In this document: piece by piece, positions 63,428-64,000 of the stretch
Position numbering within the stretch: position 1 is the first letter of the stretch
Layout of the letters: each line of letters opens with the position of its first letter
NCBI GenBank assembly: GCA_964188305.1
Contig: OZ076888.1
Origin: Podarcis bocagei
Lineage: Eukaryota
DNA: 64,000 bases
Strand: one strand, 5' to 3'
Program-made: the position numbers and the translations under genes
Notes under the pieces: model-generated
Seen by the model: only the letters and a program-made list of their open reading frames with translations
Database searches by the model: none
What the model was told of the DNA's origin: nothing

Positions 63428-63760
63428 CAGTGGTGCCTCGCAAGACGAAATTAATCCGTTCCGCGAGTCTCTTCGTCTTGCGGTTTTTTCGTCTTGCGAA
63501 GCACGGCTATTAGCGGCTTAGCGGCTATTAGCGGCTATTAGCGGCTTAGCGGCTATTAACGGCTTAGCGGCTTAGCGGCTATTAACGGCTTAGCAGCTTT
63601 AAGAAAAAGGAAACAAACTCGCAAGAACTCGCAAGACGTTTCGTCTTGCGAAGCAAGCCCATAGGGAAATTCGTCTTGCGGAACGACTCAAAAAATGAAA
63701 AACTCTTTCGTCTTGCGCGTTTTTCATCTTGCGAGGCATTCGTCTTGCGAGGTACCACTG
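63428..63760. mobile_element. Young Tigger/pogo-like MITE with internal minisatellite
   Basis: TA TSDs; TIRs cagtggtgcctcgcaagacgaa / ttcgtcttgcgaggtaccactg; CpG-rich. Confidence 0.95.
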
Positions 63761-64000
63761 TATATGCTGCTGTAGGAATGGGGTACCCAATGTGGTGCCC
63801 TCCAAGGGTGGCTGGACTCAGCCACACCCAGCATGGCCAATGATGGAAGCTGTGGTCCAAGAACTCAGGGATGATGGGAGCTGTAGTCCAACAACATCAG
63901 GAGGATTGGACTGTCTCTGCTGAGGTAGTTCTACAGTGCATGGGGCCTCTAGGAAACACTTATGGTAGTGTTTCCTACTTTATGATAGCTAGGACATAGG

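Noticed and set aside
63503-63598. CRISPR-like array
   Set aside because: No unique spacers, eukaryotic context, and it lies inside a MITE.

Overview
Vertebrate nuclear DNA, almost certainly a squamate and probably a lacertid lizard, judging by Sauria SINEs, a BovB fragment and Squam-type SINEs. I find no convincing host protein-coding exon in 64 kb. The window looks like a large intron or gene desert in which TE-rich stretches alternate with TE-free, motif-dense blocks resembling conserved non-coding elements (CNEs). Supported features include three Sauria SINEs, several tRNA-, 5S- and CORE-type SINEs, L2, CR1 and BovB LINE fragments, a solo LTR, hAT MITEs with 8-bp TSDs, five Tigger/pogo-like MITEs, microsatellites and two assembly gaps. 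The most interesting signal is two diverged, apparently full-length ~1.8-kb poly(A) retroelements (14901-16725 and 21228-22974, minus strand, 15- and 18-bp TSDs) with no reverse transcriptase. They carry a small ORF, a conserved TGACAGCTGTCA palindrome, and a ~290-nt 5' domain whose helices show several compensatory base-pair changes between the copies, which points to a conserved RNA structure in a HAL1-like non-autonomous family. A dense PBX-HOX-type motif cluster at 52640-53270 is a good enhancer candidate. Repeat family names come from my recall of consensus sequences, not from a database search.
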